64,000 nucleotides of DNA from an uncultured bacterium (lineage in GTDB: Bacteria; Desulfobacterota_D; UBA1144; Nemesobacterales; UBA2774). Below, one piece after another: positions 30,372-40,441 of the stretch; position 1 is the stretch's first letter; the number at the start of each line of letters is the position of its first letter. The DNA is taken from the NCBI GenBank assembly GCA_963825135.1, contig CAWGRW010000009.1:1568001-1632000 (forward strand), in the 5' to 3' direction. The position numbers were made by a program, and so were the translations under genes. The notes under the pieces are model-generated. The model worked only from the letters and a program-made list of their open reading frames with translations. It had not been told where the DNA came from and did no database searches.

Positions 30372-31754
30372 TCAGAAGAATACTTCTATAGCTTTTTCAA
30401 CGGAATCCACGCCGATAAGGGCAATAGAATTATCCCCCGGCTTCAATCTGTCAAGGTTGATCCTTGGGAGCACGCATCTGGTAAAGCCGAGCTTTATCGC
30501 TTCGTTCAGTCTCATGTCCGCCTGCGAAACCCCCCTGATTTCTCCCGCAAGCCCCACCTCGCCGAATACTATTGTAGCGGGTTCGACCGGTCTGTTGAGA
30601 AAGCTCGATACGAGGGCAATCGAAATTGCGAGGTCTATCGCCGGCTCCTCTATCTTTACCCCTCCCGCGACGTTCATGAATACGTCCTGGCCGAGTATCT
30701 GGAGCCCCGCCCTCTTCTCGAGCACTGCGAGGAGCAATGAGACCCTGTTGTTGTCGAGCCCTATGGCGGTCCTCCGCGGCATACCGAACCCGCAGGGGGA
30801 AACGAGGGCCTGTATCTCCACAAGTATCGGTCTCGTCCCTTCGATGCTAGGCGTCACGACCGAGCCCGAGGCGTTCACGGGGCGCTCTGAGAGGAATATC
30901 TCGGAAGGGTTCTTGACCTCCCGCAGGCCGGTGTCGAGCATCTCGAAGACCCCGATTTCGTTCGTGGAGCCGAACCTGTTCTTAAACGCCCTCAGTATTC
31001 TGTAGGGATGGTCCTTCCCTCCCTCGAAATAAAGCACCGTATCCACGAGGTGCTCCAGCACCTTGGGTCCTGCTATGGTCCCTTCCTTGGTCACGTGTCC
31101 TATGAGGAATATCGCCGTACCTCTCGTCTTTGCGTACTGCATGAGCTTGGCCGTGCATTCCCTTATCTGCCCGACGCTCCCCGGCGCGGACCCGAAATCC
31201 TCCGTGAACATCGTCTGTATGGAATCGATAACGGCGATCTCCGGGGATAGTTTTTCGATCTCGTCGAGAATCGTCTCGACCGACGTCTCCGTGAGCACGA
31301 ACACGCTTTCGGACGAGACGCCGGTCCTCGCGGCCCTCATCTTTACCTGCATCGGCGATTCCTCGCCCGTTACATACAGGAACCTCGATCCGGACGGGCC
31401 GCGTTTTTCCTTCTCCCTTCCGATGTCGTTTAGCATCTGGAGCGCGAGGGTGGATTTCCCAATTCCCGGGTCCCCTCCCACGAGCACGACCGAGCCCGGG
31501 ACGAACCCGCCGCCGAGCACCCTGTCGAGCTCCTTATTCCCCGTGGGTATTCGATCTTCGCTCCCGCTGCCGATCTCCGTTATGGCGACGGGCTCTGAAA
31601 CGTTTGCCCTCCTCGACGTCTTCTTCTGCCTTTCCGCCTTTTCCTCGACGTAGGAATTCCAGCTCCCGCACTCGGGGCACTTGCCGAGCCACCTGGGGGA
31701 GCTGTTTCCGCAATTCTGGCATACGAACCGGGTGAGGCTCTTTGTTTTCTTCAT
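30372..31754 (-). CDS. radA: DNA repair protein RadA/Sms
   Basis: CQNCG..CPECG zinc finger, GDPGIGKST, KNRFG, GEVGLAGEIR. Confidence 0.98.
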   Translation of the reverse strand: MKKTKSLTRFVCQNCGNSSPRWLGKCPECGSWNSYVEEKAERQKKTSRRANVSEPVAITEIGSGSEDRIPTGNKELDRVLGGGFVPGSVVLVGGDPGIGKSTLALQMLNDIGREKEKRGPSGSRFLYVTGEESPMQVKMRAARTGVSSESVFVLTETSVETILDEIEKLSPEIAVIDSIQTMFTEDFGSAPGSVGQIRECTAKLMQYAKTRGTAIFLIGHVTKEGTIAGPKVLEHLVDTVLYFEGGKDHPYRILRAFKNRFGSTNEIGVFEMLDTGLREVKNPSEIFLSERPVNASGSVVTPSIEGTRPILVEIQALVSPCGFGMPRRTAIGLDNNRVSLLLAVLEKRAGLQILGQDVFMNVAGGVKIEEPAIDLAISIALVSSFLNRPVEPATIVFGEVGLAGEIRGVSQADMRLNEAIKLGFTRCVLPRINLDRLKPGDNSIALIGVDSVEKAIEVFF

Positions 31755-31869
31755 AGATATTTCCGGGGAAACATTTGCCTGGAAATTATACTATATAAAA
31801 ATTATTAAAAGGAATCGAGAAAGTTGTATAATTAGGCTGTCAAGAATCTTTCAAAAGAGGAGGAATGCT

Positions 31870-32607
31870 ATGTCTGACCATTCTGGTTTTTCGAGAAGAA
31901 AGTTTATGCAGGTAACCGGGGCCGGTGTACTGGGTATTGAGTTCCTTAAATCGGGAAGGAATTTATTCGATGCGTCTGAAGCCAGGGCGGCCGAAGTCAC
32001 ATCTCCCCTGACCAGCGATCAGGCGTTGAAAGAGCTCATGGACGGGAACAAGCGCTTCGTGAAGTCCATGAAGGAAAGCTGCGTGCTCCGGACCCCGGAC
32101 CGCCGCATGGAGGTCGCCGAAGGGCAGAACCCGTTCGCGATAATCCTCGCGTGCGCGGACTCGAGGGTTTCGCCCGAGATAATATTCGACCAGTGGATAG
32201 GCGATCTCTTCGTCGTCAGGGTCGCGGGGAATATAGCCACTCCTCAAAACTACGGCATCCTTGGGAGCATAGAGTACGGTGTCATAGTCCTCGGGGTGAA
32301 TCTGATAATGGTCCTCGGTCACAGCAGGTGCGGGGCTGTGGACGGAGCCATCAAGGCGGTTAAAACCGGCGCCGCCTTTCCGGGCTCAATAGGAAACATA
32401 GTAAAAGCTATCCAACCCTCTGTTGAAAAAGCGGAAGGTGAGCCTGGAGACCTGCTTCAGAATGCGATACTGGAAAATGTCAGGACAGGGATGGGCATAC
32501 TCAGGAACTCTGACCCGGTCGTTGCCCCTATGGTAAAAGAAGGGAAGGTCAAGCTCGTAGGCGGGAACTATGATCTGGTTTCCGGTGAAGTTAGCCTGGT
32601 AGTATAG
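31870..32607 (+). CDS. Beta-class carbonic anhydrase with twin-arginine signal peptide
   Basis: SRRKFMQ Tat motif; CADSRV, VRVAGN, GHSRCGA zinc ligands; GAGGAGG SD. Confidence 0.93.
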   Translation: MSDHSGFSRRKFMQVTGAGVLGIEFLKSGRNLFDASEARAAEVTSPLTSDQALKELMDGNKRFVKSMKESCVLRTPDRRMEVAEGQNPFAIILACADSRVSPEIIFDQWIGDLFVVRVAGNIATPQNYGILGSIEYGVIVLGVNLIMVLGHSRCGAVDGAIKAVKTGAAFPGSIGNIVKAIQPSVEKAEGEPGDLLQNAILENVRTGMGILRNSDPVVAPMVKEGKVKLVGGNYDLVSGEVSLVV

Positions 32608-32801
32608 GATAGTTCCATCGGGCCCCGCACGTGATAGGAAAACCCTGAAACGGTAACGGGGGGGTCTGTCTATGTTGCGACCGATGCCTGAAGAGCCGGC
32701 GCGCCCTTGAAATTTTCCTGCCGATGAATATTTTTCATACGGAAGCAGGGCCGTTCGGCCTTATTCTATTTTCTTACGCACTTTCCGGAGGTTTATAATA
32801 T

Positions 32802-34655
32802 ATGGCCCAGAAGTCGCCGAAAAAACACGAATTCCAGGCGGAGGTAAAGCAGGTCCTGGATATCGTTATACACTCCCTTTATACGGACAAAGAGGTGTTC
32901 GTACGGGAGCTCGTGTCCAATGCCTCTGACGCACTCGAAAAACTGAGATACATCCAGCTCACGGAAAAGGACATCTACAACGAGAACCTACCCCTTGAAA
33001 TAAACATCCGGACCGATGACAAGGAAAACACCATAACCATAGAGGATCACGGGATAGGCATGACGGAGGGTGAGCTCGTGGAAAATCTCGGCACTATAGC
33101 CCATTCGGGCTCAAAGGCCTTCCTTAAAGCTGTTGAGGAATCGGGCGGGGTGAGCGATAGCCTGATAGGCCAGTTCGGAGTAGGTTTTTACAGCGTTTTC
33201 ATGGCCGCCCGGTCGGTGGAGGTATATACCCACAACCGGGAGAAGGACGGAAAGGGCCTCCTCTGGAAGAGCGACGGCTCTGGGGCTTATGAAATCGAGG
33301 ACGCGGAGGGCGTGAGGCGCGGTACAAAGATAATCGTCCGCCTGAAGGAAGACTCGAAGGAGTTTTCGGACGCTGAGAGGGTGAAGGGCATACTCACCCA
33401 TTATTCGAGCTTCGTTCAGTTCCCGATAAAACTGAACGGAGAGCAGATCAACAAGATCAGGCCTATATGGATGCGGAGCAAGGGGGAAATAACGGACGAG
33501 GAGTATAACGAGTTCTACAAGTTCCAGGCGGACGCGTTCGACGACCCCCTCTACAGGCTGCACCTGAGCTCGGAAGCCCCTCTCGAGATTCACTCCCTCA
33601 TATTCGTTCCCAAAGAAAACCCGGAAAAATGGGGGTTCGGCAAGGCAGACCCCGGAGTCAGCCTCTACTGCAAGAAAATCCTGATCGATTCGAAGCCGGA
33701 CGGCCTCCTGCCCGACTGGCTAAGGTTCTTAAAAGGGGTTGTGGACAGCGCCGACCTGCCTCTGAACATTTCCCGCGAGACCATGCAGGACAGCGCGCTC
33801 GCAATGAAGATCGGGCAGGTGATAACCGGGCGGTTCATAAAGTTTCTCGAAGACGAATCCGGGAAGGACCCGGGCAGGTATGAGGAGTTCTACAGGCAGT
33901 TTGCCATATATATCAAGGAGGGTGTCGCATCGGATTTCAAGAACAGTGCCCAGCTCGCCAAGCTGCTCCGTTTCGAGTCCTCCGCTACGGAAAAGGGCGG
34001 GCTTACGACGCTCGACGACTACGTCTCCCGGATGAAGGAAGGCCAGGAAGAGATTTATTACCTCCACTCCCCGAGCAGGGAATCTATGGAGTCAGGCCCA
34101 TACCTGGAGGCTTTCAGGGCGCGGGGGCTCGAAGTGCTTTACCTCTATGAGCCCGTGGATGAATTCGTCATGTCGGGTCTCGGTAAGTATGACGGCAAAG
34201 ACCTCGTGTCCGCCGACAATGCCGATATAGAGCTCGGGGACGGAGCCCCCGGACCCGACGAAAACGCATTGCCCGAAGCCGATGTGAAGACGCTTTGTGA
34301 CTGGGTTAAGGAAACGCTTGGTGACAGCGTCAATGAAGTGAGCGCAAGCAAGCGTCTCGTCGACAGCCCCGCCATTGCGCTCAACGCGGATAAATACATG
34401 ACCCCGTCGATGAGGCGCATGATGAAGGCCATGAAGAAGGACGCCGGTATCAAGTATTCCGTCAATCTCGAAATCAACCCGGGCCATAAACTCATTAAAA
34501 ATCTCGCGGCTCTAAAGGACAATGATCCCGAGACGGCGCGTCTCGTCGTCGAGCAGATATTCGACAACGCCCTTATCGCGGCCGGGTATCTCGAAGACCC
34601 GAGGTCTATGGTCGACCGTCTTTACCGCATACTCGAACGCGTCGCGGAAAAATAA
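32802..34655 (+). CDS. htpG: Chaperone HtpG (Hsp90)
   Basis: EFQAEV, RELVSNASDA, LGTIAHSG, IGQFGVGFYS, LPLNISRE. Confidence 0.98.
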   Translation: MAQKSPKKHEFQAEVKQVLDIVIHSLYTDKEVFVRELVSNASDALEKLRYIQLTEKDIYNENLPLEINIRTDDKENTITIEDHGIGMTEGELVENLGTIAHSGSKAFLKAVEESGGVSDSLIGQFGVGFYSVFMAARSVEVYTHNREKDGKGLLWKSDGSGAYEIEDAEGVRRGTKIIVRLKEDSKEFSDAERVKGILTHYSSFVQFPIKLNGEQINKIRPIWMRSKGEITDEEYNEFYKFQADAFDDPLYRLHLSSEAPLEIHSLIFVPKENPEKWGFGKADPGVSLYCKKILIDSKPDGLLPDWLRFLKGVVDSADLPLNISRETMQDSALAMKIGQVITGRFIKFLEDESGKDPGRYEEFYRQFAIYIKEGVASDFKNSAQLAKLLRFESSATEKGGLTTLDDYVSRMKEGQEEIYYLHSPSRESMESGPYLEAFRARGLEVLYLYEPVDEFVMSGLGKYDGKDLVSADNADIELGDGAPGPDENALPEADVKTLCDWVKETLGDSVNEVSASKRLVDSPAIALNADKYMTPSMRRMMKAMKKDAGIKYSVNLEINPGHKLIKNLAALKDNDPETARLVVEQIFDNALIAAGYLEDPRSMVDRLYRILERVAEK

Positions 34656-34694
34656 ATTGCCGTCCCGGGAAATCCCGTCCGCATATCTCTTCAT

Positions 34695-34723
34695 TTGATA
34701 ATGCCTTCTATAAAAAGTATAAT
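34695..34723 (+). promoter_or_regulatory. Sigma70-type promoter upstream of moxR-VWA
   Basis: TTGATA-N17-TATAAT. Confidence 0.55.
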
Positions 34724-34817
34724 TTTTATAGCTGCCGAGGGGTAAAACGGGCCTGAGAACCGTTTATTTGATCGGCGGGGTCGGTTATAATATCAATATA
34801 ATTACGGGGTCTTACAA

Positions 34818-35654
34818 ATGAAATTCGAAGGCACGGACAGTTATATTTCCACGAGAGATCTGAATCTCGCGGTTAACGCGTCGATAACGCTCCAGAGGCC
34901 GCTCCTCATAAAAGGCGAGCCCGGGACGGGCAAGACGATGCTTGCGTTCGAGGTGGCTGAAGCAATCGGCAAGGATCTCATTACCTGGCATGTGAAGTCG
35001 ACCACGACCGCGCAGCAGGGTCTTTACGAGTACGACGCAGTATCCAGGCTCCGCGATTCCCAGCTCGGAGACGAACGGGTTAGCGACATTTCCAACTATA
35101 TAAAAAAGGGGAAGCTGTGGGAGGCCTTCGAATCCGATCGACAGGTAGTGCTGCTCATAGACGAGATAGACAAGGCGGATATAGAATTTCCGAACGACCT
35201 GCTCCTCGAGCTCGACAGGATGGAGTTCTACTGCTACGAGCTCCGGAAGACCATAAGCGCAAAAGAGCGTCCCATTATAATTATCACGTCCAATAACGAA
35301 AAAGAGCTCCCGGATGCGTTCCTCAGGAGATGCTTCTTCCACTACATCAGCTTTCCGGACAGGGAAACGCTTAAGGCCATCGTGAAGGTCCATTACCCGA
35401 AGCTTGAAAAAAAGCTCATTGAGAACGCCATGAACGTGTTTTACAACCTCCGGGAAATAGACGGTCTCAAGAAAAAGCCCTCCACGAGCGAGCTCATAGA
35501 CTGGTTGAAGCTGATCATCGTGGGAAAAGTAACGGAAACCGACCTCGGCTCGGTCGATCTCTCGGACAACCTTCCCCCGTTCGTGGGAGCCCTGCTCAAG
35601 AACGAGCAGGACCATGAGCTTCTATCCCGAATAAAGCTCAGGTTCAGGCGTTGA
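34818..35654 (+). CDS. MoxR-family AAA+ ATPase (CoxD-like)
   Basis: GEPGTGKT, LLIDEIDKAD, ELPDAFLRRC, KKPSTSELIDW. Confidence 0.93.
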   Translation: MKFEGTDSYISTRDLNLAVNASITLQRPLLIKGEPGTGKTMLAFEVAEAIGKDLITWHVKSTTTAQQGLYEYDAVSRLRDSQLGDERVSDISNYIKKGKLWEAFESDRQVVLLIDEIDKADIEFPNDLLLELDRMEFYCYELRKTISAKERPIIIITSNNEKELPDAFLRRCFFHYISFPDRETLKAIVKVHYPKLEKKLIENAMNVFYNLREIDGLKKKPSTSELIDWLKLIIVGKVTETDLGSVDLSDNLPPFVGALLKNEQDHELLSRIKLRFRR

Positions 35655-35711
35655 ACCCTGAAGAGCGTGGATTACCCGGGCATTCATGACGGTTTTACTT
35701 AAGGGGCGGAC

Positions 35712-36914
35712 ATGTTTTTAGACTTTTTTTTATTGCTGAAGAACGACGGTATACCCGTAACGATCAGGGAATACCTCACTTTCCTCGAGGCGCTTGACGT
35801 GGGGATAGCCGAGTACAGCGTCGACGATTTCTATTACCTCTCACGTACGTCCCTTATCAAGCACGAACAGCATCTCGACAGGTTCGATCTCCTCTTCGGC
35901 TATTACTTCGAGGGTGTCGAGAAGATCGATATGGAAGAGTTCATGAAGATACCGGAAGAATGGCTCAGGAAAAGCTTCGTGAACGCCCTGACGGACGAGG
36001 AAAAAGAGCTGATTAAATCCATGGGGGGTCTCGACAAGCTGTTGGAGCGGTTAAAAGAGCTGATGAAGGAGCAGAAGCACAGGCACCAGGGCGGGAATAA
36101 ATGGATAGGTACGGGCGGCACTTCACCGTACGGGGCCTACGGGTTCAACCCCGAGGGCATAAGGATAGGGCAGGAGGAGAGCAGGCACAGGAGGGCGGTT
36201 AAGGTCTGGGACAAGCGCGAATTCAGGGACCTCGACGACGGAGTGGAGCTTCAGACGAGGAATATGAAAATGGCGCTCAGGAGACTGCGGATTCTGACGC
36301 GGGAGGGAGTGGACGAAGAGCTCGATCTCGACAGGACCATCGACAGGACGTCGAGGAACGCGGGTTTTCTCGAGATCGAGATGGTTCCGGCAAAGAAGAA
36401 CAACGTGAAGGTGCTCCTCTTCCTCGACATCGGAGGGTCTATGGACGACCACATCGAGCTTTGTTCCCGTCTATTCTCGGCCGCGAAATATGAATTCAAA
36501 CATTTAGAGCATTACTATTTCCATAACTGCCTTTACGAATCGGTCTGGAAGAATAACAGGAGGAGGTGGCAGGAAGCGATCCCGACCTTCCAGGTCCTCC
36601 ACACCTACAACAGCGACTACAAAGTGATCGTGGTGGGCGACGCCTCCATGTCTCCGTACGAGCTCCTCTATCAGAACGGGAGCGTCGAGCACAACAACGA
36701 CGAGCCGGGCTTCATGTGGCTCGAGCGCCTGAAGAACCACTATCCCGACATAGTCTGGCTCAACCCCGTTCCCGTGAAGCAGTGGAAATACACGGAGTCC
36801 ATAGGCATGGTGAGGGATTTTATGAAGGACCGCATGTTCCCGTTGACTCTCTCGGGCCTTCAGCAGGCCATCAAGGCGCTTAAAGACAAGAAAGTGAAGT
36901 TCGAAGGGCACTGA
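35712..36914 (+). CDS. VWA-domain protein (CoxE-like partner of MoxR)
   Basis: GGNKWIGTGGTSPYG, MIDAS-like DIGGSM, VGDASMSPYEL, WLNP. Confidence 0.92.
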   Translation: MFLDFFLLLKNDGIPVTIREYLTFLEALDVGIAEYSVDDFYYLSRTSLIKHEQHLDRFDLLFGYYFEGVEKIDMEEFMKIPEEWLRKSFVNALTDEEKELIKSMGGLDKLLERLKELMKEQKHRHQGGNKWIGTGGTSPYGAYGFNPEGIRIGQEESRHRRAVKVWDKREFRDLDDGVELQTRNMKMALRRLRILTREGVDEELDLDRTIDRTSRNAGFLEIEMVPAKKNNVKVLLFLDIGGSMDDHIELCSRLFSAAKYEFKHLEHYYFHNCLYESVWKNNRRRWQEAIPTFQVLHTYNSDYKVIVVGDASMSPYELLYQNGSVEHNNDEPGFMWLERLKNHYPDIVWLNPVPVKQWKYTESIGMVRDFMKDRMFPLTLSGLQQAIKALKDKKVKFEGH

Positions 36915-36951
36915 GCCCGACCATAATTCAATTCGTGTGCATAATAGATTC

Positions 36952-37411
36952 ATGCCCCTCGCGATAGACCACATCAACATCGTAGTTTCGGACCTCGAAA
37001 GGTCGGTCAGGTTCTACACGGAGCTGCTTGGTTTTATCGAATCGAAGAGGGCGCATCTCGAAGGGCAATGGATAGAGTCTATCGTCGGATTAAAGGGCGT
37101 GGTCGCGGACGTCGCTTTCATACTCGCTCCCGCGGGCGAGCCGAGGATAGAGCTCCTCTGCTATAATACGCCCAGAGGGTGAAGCCGTTCCGGCGAATTC
37201 TCTTGCGAACACGGTCGGTCTCAGGCACATCGCGTTCAGGGTGGACGATATACACGCGGCCGCGGAGAGACTGAAGAACGCCGGTGTGAAGCTGCTTGGC
37301 GATCCCGTCGTCGTCCCCGAAACGGTAGTCACGCACGACGCGGGTCACAAGATGCTCTGCTATTTCCACGACCCCGACGGGGTGCTTCTCGAAATTACCG
37401 AGTACAAGTAA
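36952..37411 (+). CDS. VOC/glyoxalase-family protein, split by a +1 frameshift near 37172
   Basis: IDHINIVVSDLERSVRFY in frame 1; the +1 frame continues GLRHIAFRVDDI...YFHDPDGVLLEITEYK*; about 152 aa if one C is removed from CCC 37171-37173. Confidence 0.85.
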
Positions 37412-37466
37412 ATCGCCATATGGAACAATACAGATTTATCTAGCAGAAGAGTCGCCGGGCCCGCGC

Positions 37467-37961
37467 TCAGTCGGGGCTCGAGATTTCTTTCATTATTTCA
37501 TTTGAAATACCGGGCCCGCGCTCGACGAATTCCCCGTCGGGGCCGTAGATAATAAAGTACGGTATCGAAGGCAGCTTATAATACTTTACGAGAGGGCTCT
37601 CCCAATTTATTATGTCTATCTCTCTCAAGGCGAGCCTGTCGCCGCTCTCGGCGAAGTCTTCGAGCCTCGGTTTCAGTATTTTGCAGGGTCCGCACCAGTC
37701 CGCATAAAACAGGAAGGCCGTGTACTTCCCGGGCTGGAGGTATTCGACAAGGTCGATAAGCGTCCCTCTGCTTATTATCTCCACCTTTTCGTGCCCCTTT
37801 TGGGTTCCGGCAAGCTCGTAACTATACGAAGAATCCGGACGCGCGTACGAAAAAGGGACTGACCCCGTTTCGTCGCTGCGATTCTCCGCTTCTCCGAATG
37901 CGGAATGAGAAATCAGGAGCAGTATGCCGATAAATAGGGGGCGGTTCAGGTTCGATGTCAT
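37467..37961 (-). CDS. Exported thioredoxin-family protein
   Basis: Signal peptide; FYADWCGPC; SIPYF cis-Pro motif. Confidence 0.85.
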   Translation of the reverse strand: MTSNLNRPLFIGILLLISHSAFGEAENRSDETGSVPFSYARPDSSYSYELAGTQKGHEKVEIISRGTLIDLVEYLQPGKYTAFLFYADWCGPCKILKPRLEDFAESGDRLALREIDIINWESPLVKYYKLPSIPYFIIYGPDGEFVERGPGISNEIMKEISSPD

Positions 37962-38057
37962 CGTCGGTTTACCATCGGGCGTTAAGGTTAAGTATACGTT
38001 TTAAATCGCGTGTAACAATTGCATGGGGGACGGGGTTCAAGACAATTTCCCGGACGA

Positions 38058-38939
38058 TCAATCGAAAATCAGGGTGCGGTTCCCGTAGACGAGGATCTTT
38101 CGTTTGAGGTGGTACCAGATGGCCTGTGAGAGGACGACCTTCTCGAGGTCCCTCCCTTTCCTTATCAAGTCCTCGACGCTGTCCTTGTGTGTTATGCGCA
38201 CGACGTTCTGCTCTATTATGGGCCCCGAGTCGAGGTCGGCGGTAACGTAGTGGCTGGTCGCCCCGATGATCTTCACGCCCCTCTCGTACGCCGAGTGGTA
38301 GGGCCTCGCCCCCGGGAAAGCCGGAAGGAACGAGTGGTGGATGTTGATTATCCTGTTCGGGTAATGAGCCACGAAATCCTCACTCAGTATCTGCATATAT
38401 CTCGCGAGCACGATGAAATCTACATCGTACTGCTTCAGTATGTCGAGCTGTTTTTGTTCGGACGCCTTTTTGTTCTCCTTGACGCCGGGAGTGACGCGGA
38501 AATCGATGCCGTGTGTGGCGGCTATGGGTTCAAGATCGCCGTGGTTGCTGATTATGACCGGTATCTCGACGTTCCACTGCTCGGACTGCCAGCGGGACAA
38601 TATGTCGTGGAGGCAGTGGGGGAGCTTTGAGACGAAGACGGCCATGCGCGGCGTATAATCCGAGAAATAGAGGCTCCACTTCATGCCGAATTTCTCGGCT
38701 ATGAGAGTCTGGAAATACTCTCCTATTTTGTCGGCCGGGATCGTAAAATTTGTGAGGTCCCATTCGACCCGCATGAAGAAAACCTTTTCCCGAGTATCCA
38801 CGTGCTGGTCGAGGTATATGATATTCCCTTCGTTCTTGAATATGAACTCGGTAATGGCGGCGACGAGGCCCTTTCGGTCCGGGCAGTGCACGAGCAGGGT
38901 CGCAGAGCGGTTATTATCTTTATCTTCCTGTATGCTCAT
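38058..38939 (-). CDS. purU: Formyltetrahydrofolate deformylase
   Basis: ACT domain CPDRKGLVA, LARYMQIL, INIHHSFLPAF, GVKIIGATSHYVT. Confidence 0.97.
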   Translation of the reverse strand: MSIQEDKDNNRSATLLVHCPDRKGLVAAITEFIFKNEGNIIYLDQHVDTREKVFFMRVEWDLTNFTIPADKIGEYFQTLIAEKFGMKWSLYFSDYTPRMAVFVSKLPHCLHDILSRWQSEQWNVEIPVIISNHGDLEPIAATHGIDFRVTPGVKENKKASEQKQLDILKQYDVDFIVLARYMQILSEDFVAHYPNRIINIHHSFLPAFPGARPYHSAYERGVKIIGATSHYVTADLDSGPIIEQNVVRITHKDSVEDLIRKGRDLEKVVLSQAIWYHLKRKILVYGNRTLIFD

Positions 38940-38976
38940 TCCAGTTCACTCATTGTTGTGCGTATTTTTCGAACGG

Positions 38977-39348
38977 TCAGTCCCTCCCCATCAGCTCGTA
39001 AATCTCGTCATCCGAGAGCCCGAAGTAGTGCCCGAGCTCGTGCTGAAGCACCTCGTTTATCCTGGCCTCGATCTCCTCGTCGTTTCTGCATACCTTTTCG
39101 ATGTCTTTTTGATAAAGCACTATTTCATCGGGCATCCTGATGCCCTGCCACACGCTTCGCAGGTGCAGCGGCGTTCCGCGGTATAGACCGAGAAGCAGTC
39201 CTTCTTTTCTTATCTTGAGCTTCTCGAGATCCTCCCTGCTGGGATAATCCTCGACCCTGATAGCAACGTTATCGATTTTCTTCTTGAACTGTTCGGGGAT
39301 TTTTTGATACGCCTTGTCCACGAGTTCTTCAAACTTTTCTTTTTTCAA
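38977..39348 (-). CDS. Zincin-like metallopeptidase (DUF1025/Zincin_1)
   Basis: LLGLYRG, PDEIVLY, HELGHYFGLSD. Confidence 0.88.
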   Translation of the reverse strand: MKKEKFEELVDKAYQKIPEQFKKKIDNVAIRVEDYPSREDLEKLKIRKEGLLLGLYRGTPLHLRSVWQGIRMPDEIVLYQKDIEKVCRNDEEIEARINEVLQHELGHYFGLSDDEIYELMGRD

Positions 39349-39723
39349 ATCGTTTATACGGCAATTATTAAGGGATTTAATGCTTTATTCATATTATAGC
39401 AAGTTGAGCCGGCTTTCAATCTTCACGGACAATTAGCGGGATTCGTCACTAGAATTTTGCCTTCCTTTTACGAATTCTTTCCTCAGGCAGGGTAATTTCC
39501 TAGACCACACCCGCGACTATGCGGTGAAAGGGGTCCTATCTGCCCCGAGATATCCCGAAGAGCGTCTCCTTGAGAATGCCTTCCAATTTATTGCGTGCCT
39601 GCAAGGGGTTATCCATACAGAATTGTGGAATGCCGAATTTACGAGAAAGTATAATGCACTCATATAAAAGATGTACGCCGATATCTTAATACTAGCGCCG
39701 GAAGATTCCGGACGTGCTGTAAG

Positions 39724-40356
39724 TCAGCGGCCGCGGACTGAAGAGAATCCGGGTTCCGACCGCTCCGTGATTCTCAAGTCCTCGACAAACGAGACCAGTT
39801 CGGGAAAGAAGGCATTGAAGTTGTCTTCAAGCTCATTATAATTCGATTCGACTTCATTGATGGCTCCAAGAAGGGAATTCCCCCGGTTGAAACGCCTCCT
39901 GAGTCTTTCCGATATGCGGTCGATCGCCTTGCCCGTACCCTCTATCATGCGGTAGGAACCGAGCCAGTCCTCGTTTATCATCCTTGGGAGGAACAGGCGG
40001 AATTTTTCAGGGAGAATATCCATGTTTCTATTGAGCAGCTCATAGGTCTCACGGATAAAGCGGTCGAGGTCGTGCTCCGAATAAGAGGTCCAGTTCTTAG
40101 CCAGGAAGTGGTCGAATACGAGGTCCACGATAATGCCCGCGAACCTCCTCCTCGATGGGCTAATAAGTCTTTTGCTCTCCCTGAAGATTTCGTGAGAGTC
40201 CGTGAATACGTCGACTTTTCTGTGCGTCCAAATCCCTTTTACGATCTCGGGGTCGTAGTCGTTCCCGATCGGCCCCTTCACGAAGTCCCCCAGGATGTTT
40301 CCCAGAATCGATTTCTCGGAGTCCTCCGCGAGATAGAGGTGCGCAAGGTAGTTCAT
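39724..40356 (-). CDS. acpH: Acyl carrier protein phosphodiesterase
   Basis: MNYLAHLYLA, GNILGDFVKG, HRKVDVFTD, DHFLA. Confidence 0.93.
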   Translation of the reverse strand: MNYLAHLYLAEDSEKSILGNILGDFVKGPIGNDYDPEIVKGIWTHRKVDVFTDSHEIFRESKRLISPSRRRFAGIIVDLVFDHFLAKNWTSYSEHDLDRFIRETYELLNRNMDILPEKFRLFLPRMINEDWLGSYRMIEGTGKAIDRISERLRRRFNRGNSLLGAINEVESNYNELEDNFNAFFPELVSFVEDLRITERSEPGFSSVRGR

Positions 40357-40441
40357 ATTCTCTAAGTGTACCGGACGTCGAATAGTTACTAACGGCGTTC
40401 CCGCATACCTTCGCGGGGTATCGATGCCGGCTCGTTAATTC

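Noticed and set aside
32700..32800. Heat-shock control (sigma32 or CIRCE) upstream of htpG
   Set aside because: CTTGAAA is present, but there is no CCCCAT -10 and no CIRCE repeat
39425..39470. GGCAAA-stem on the minus strand resembling a c-di-GMP-I riboswitch
   Set aside because: Lacks the GACGCAAAG junction and the P3 stem
39609..39632. DnaA-box-like TTATCCATA / TGTGGAATG
   Set aside because: Only mismatched copies, with no cluster and no oriC gene context
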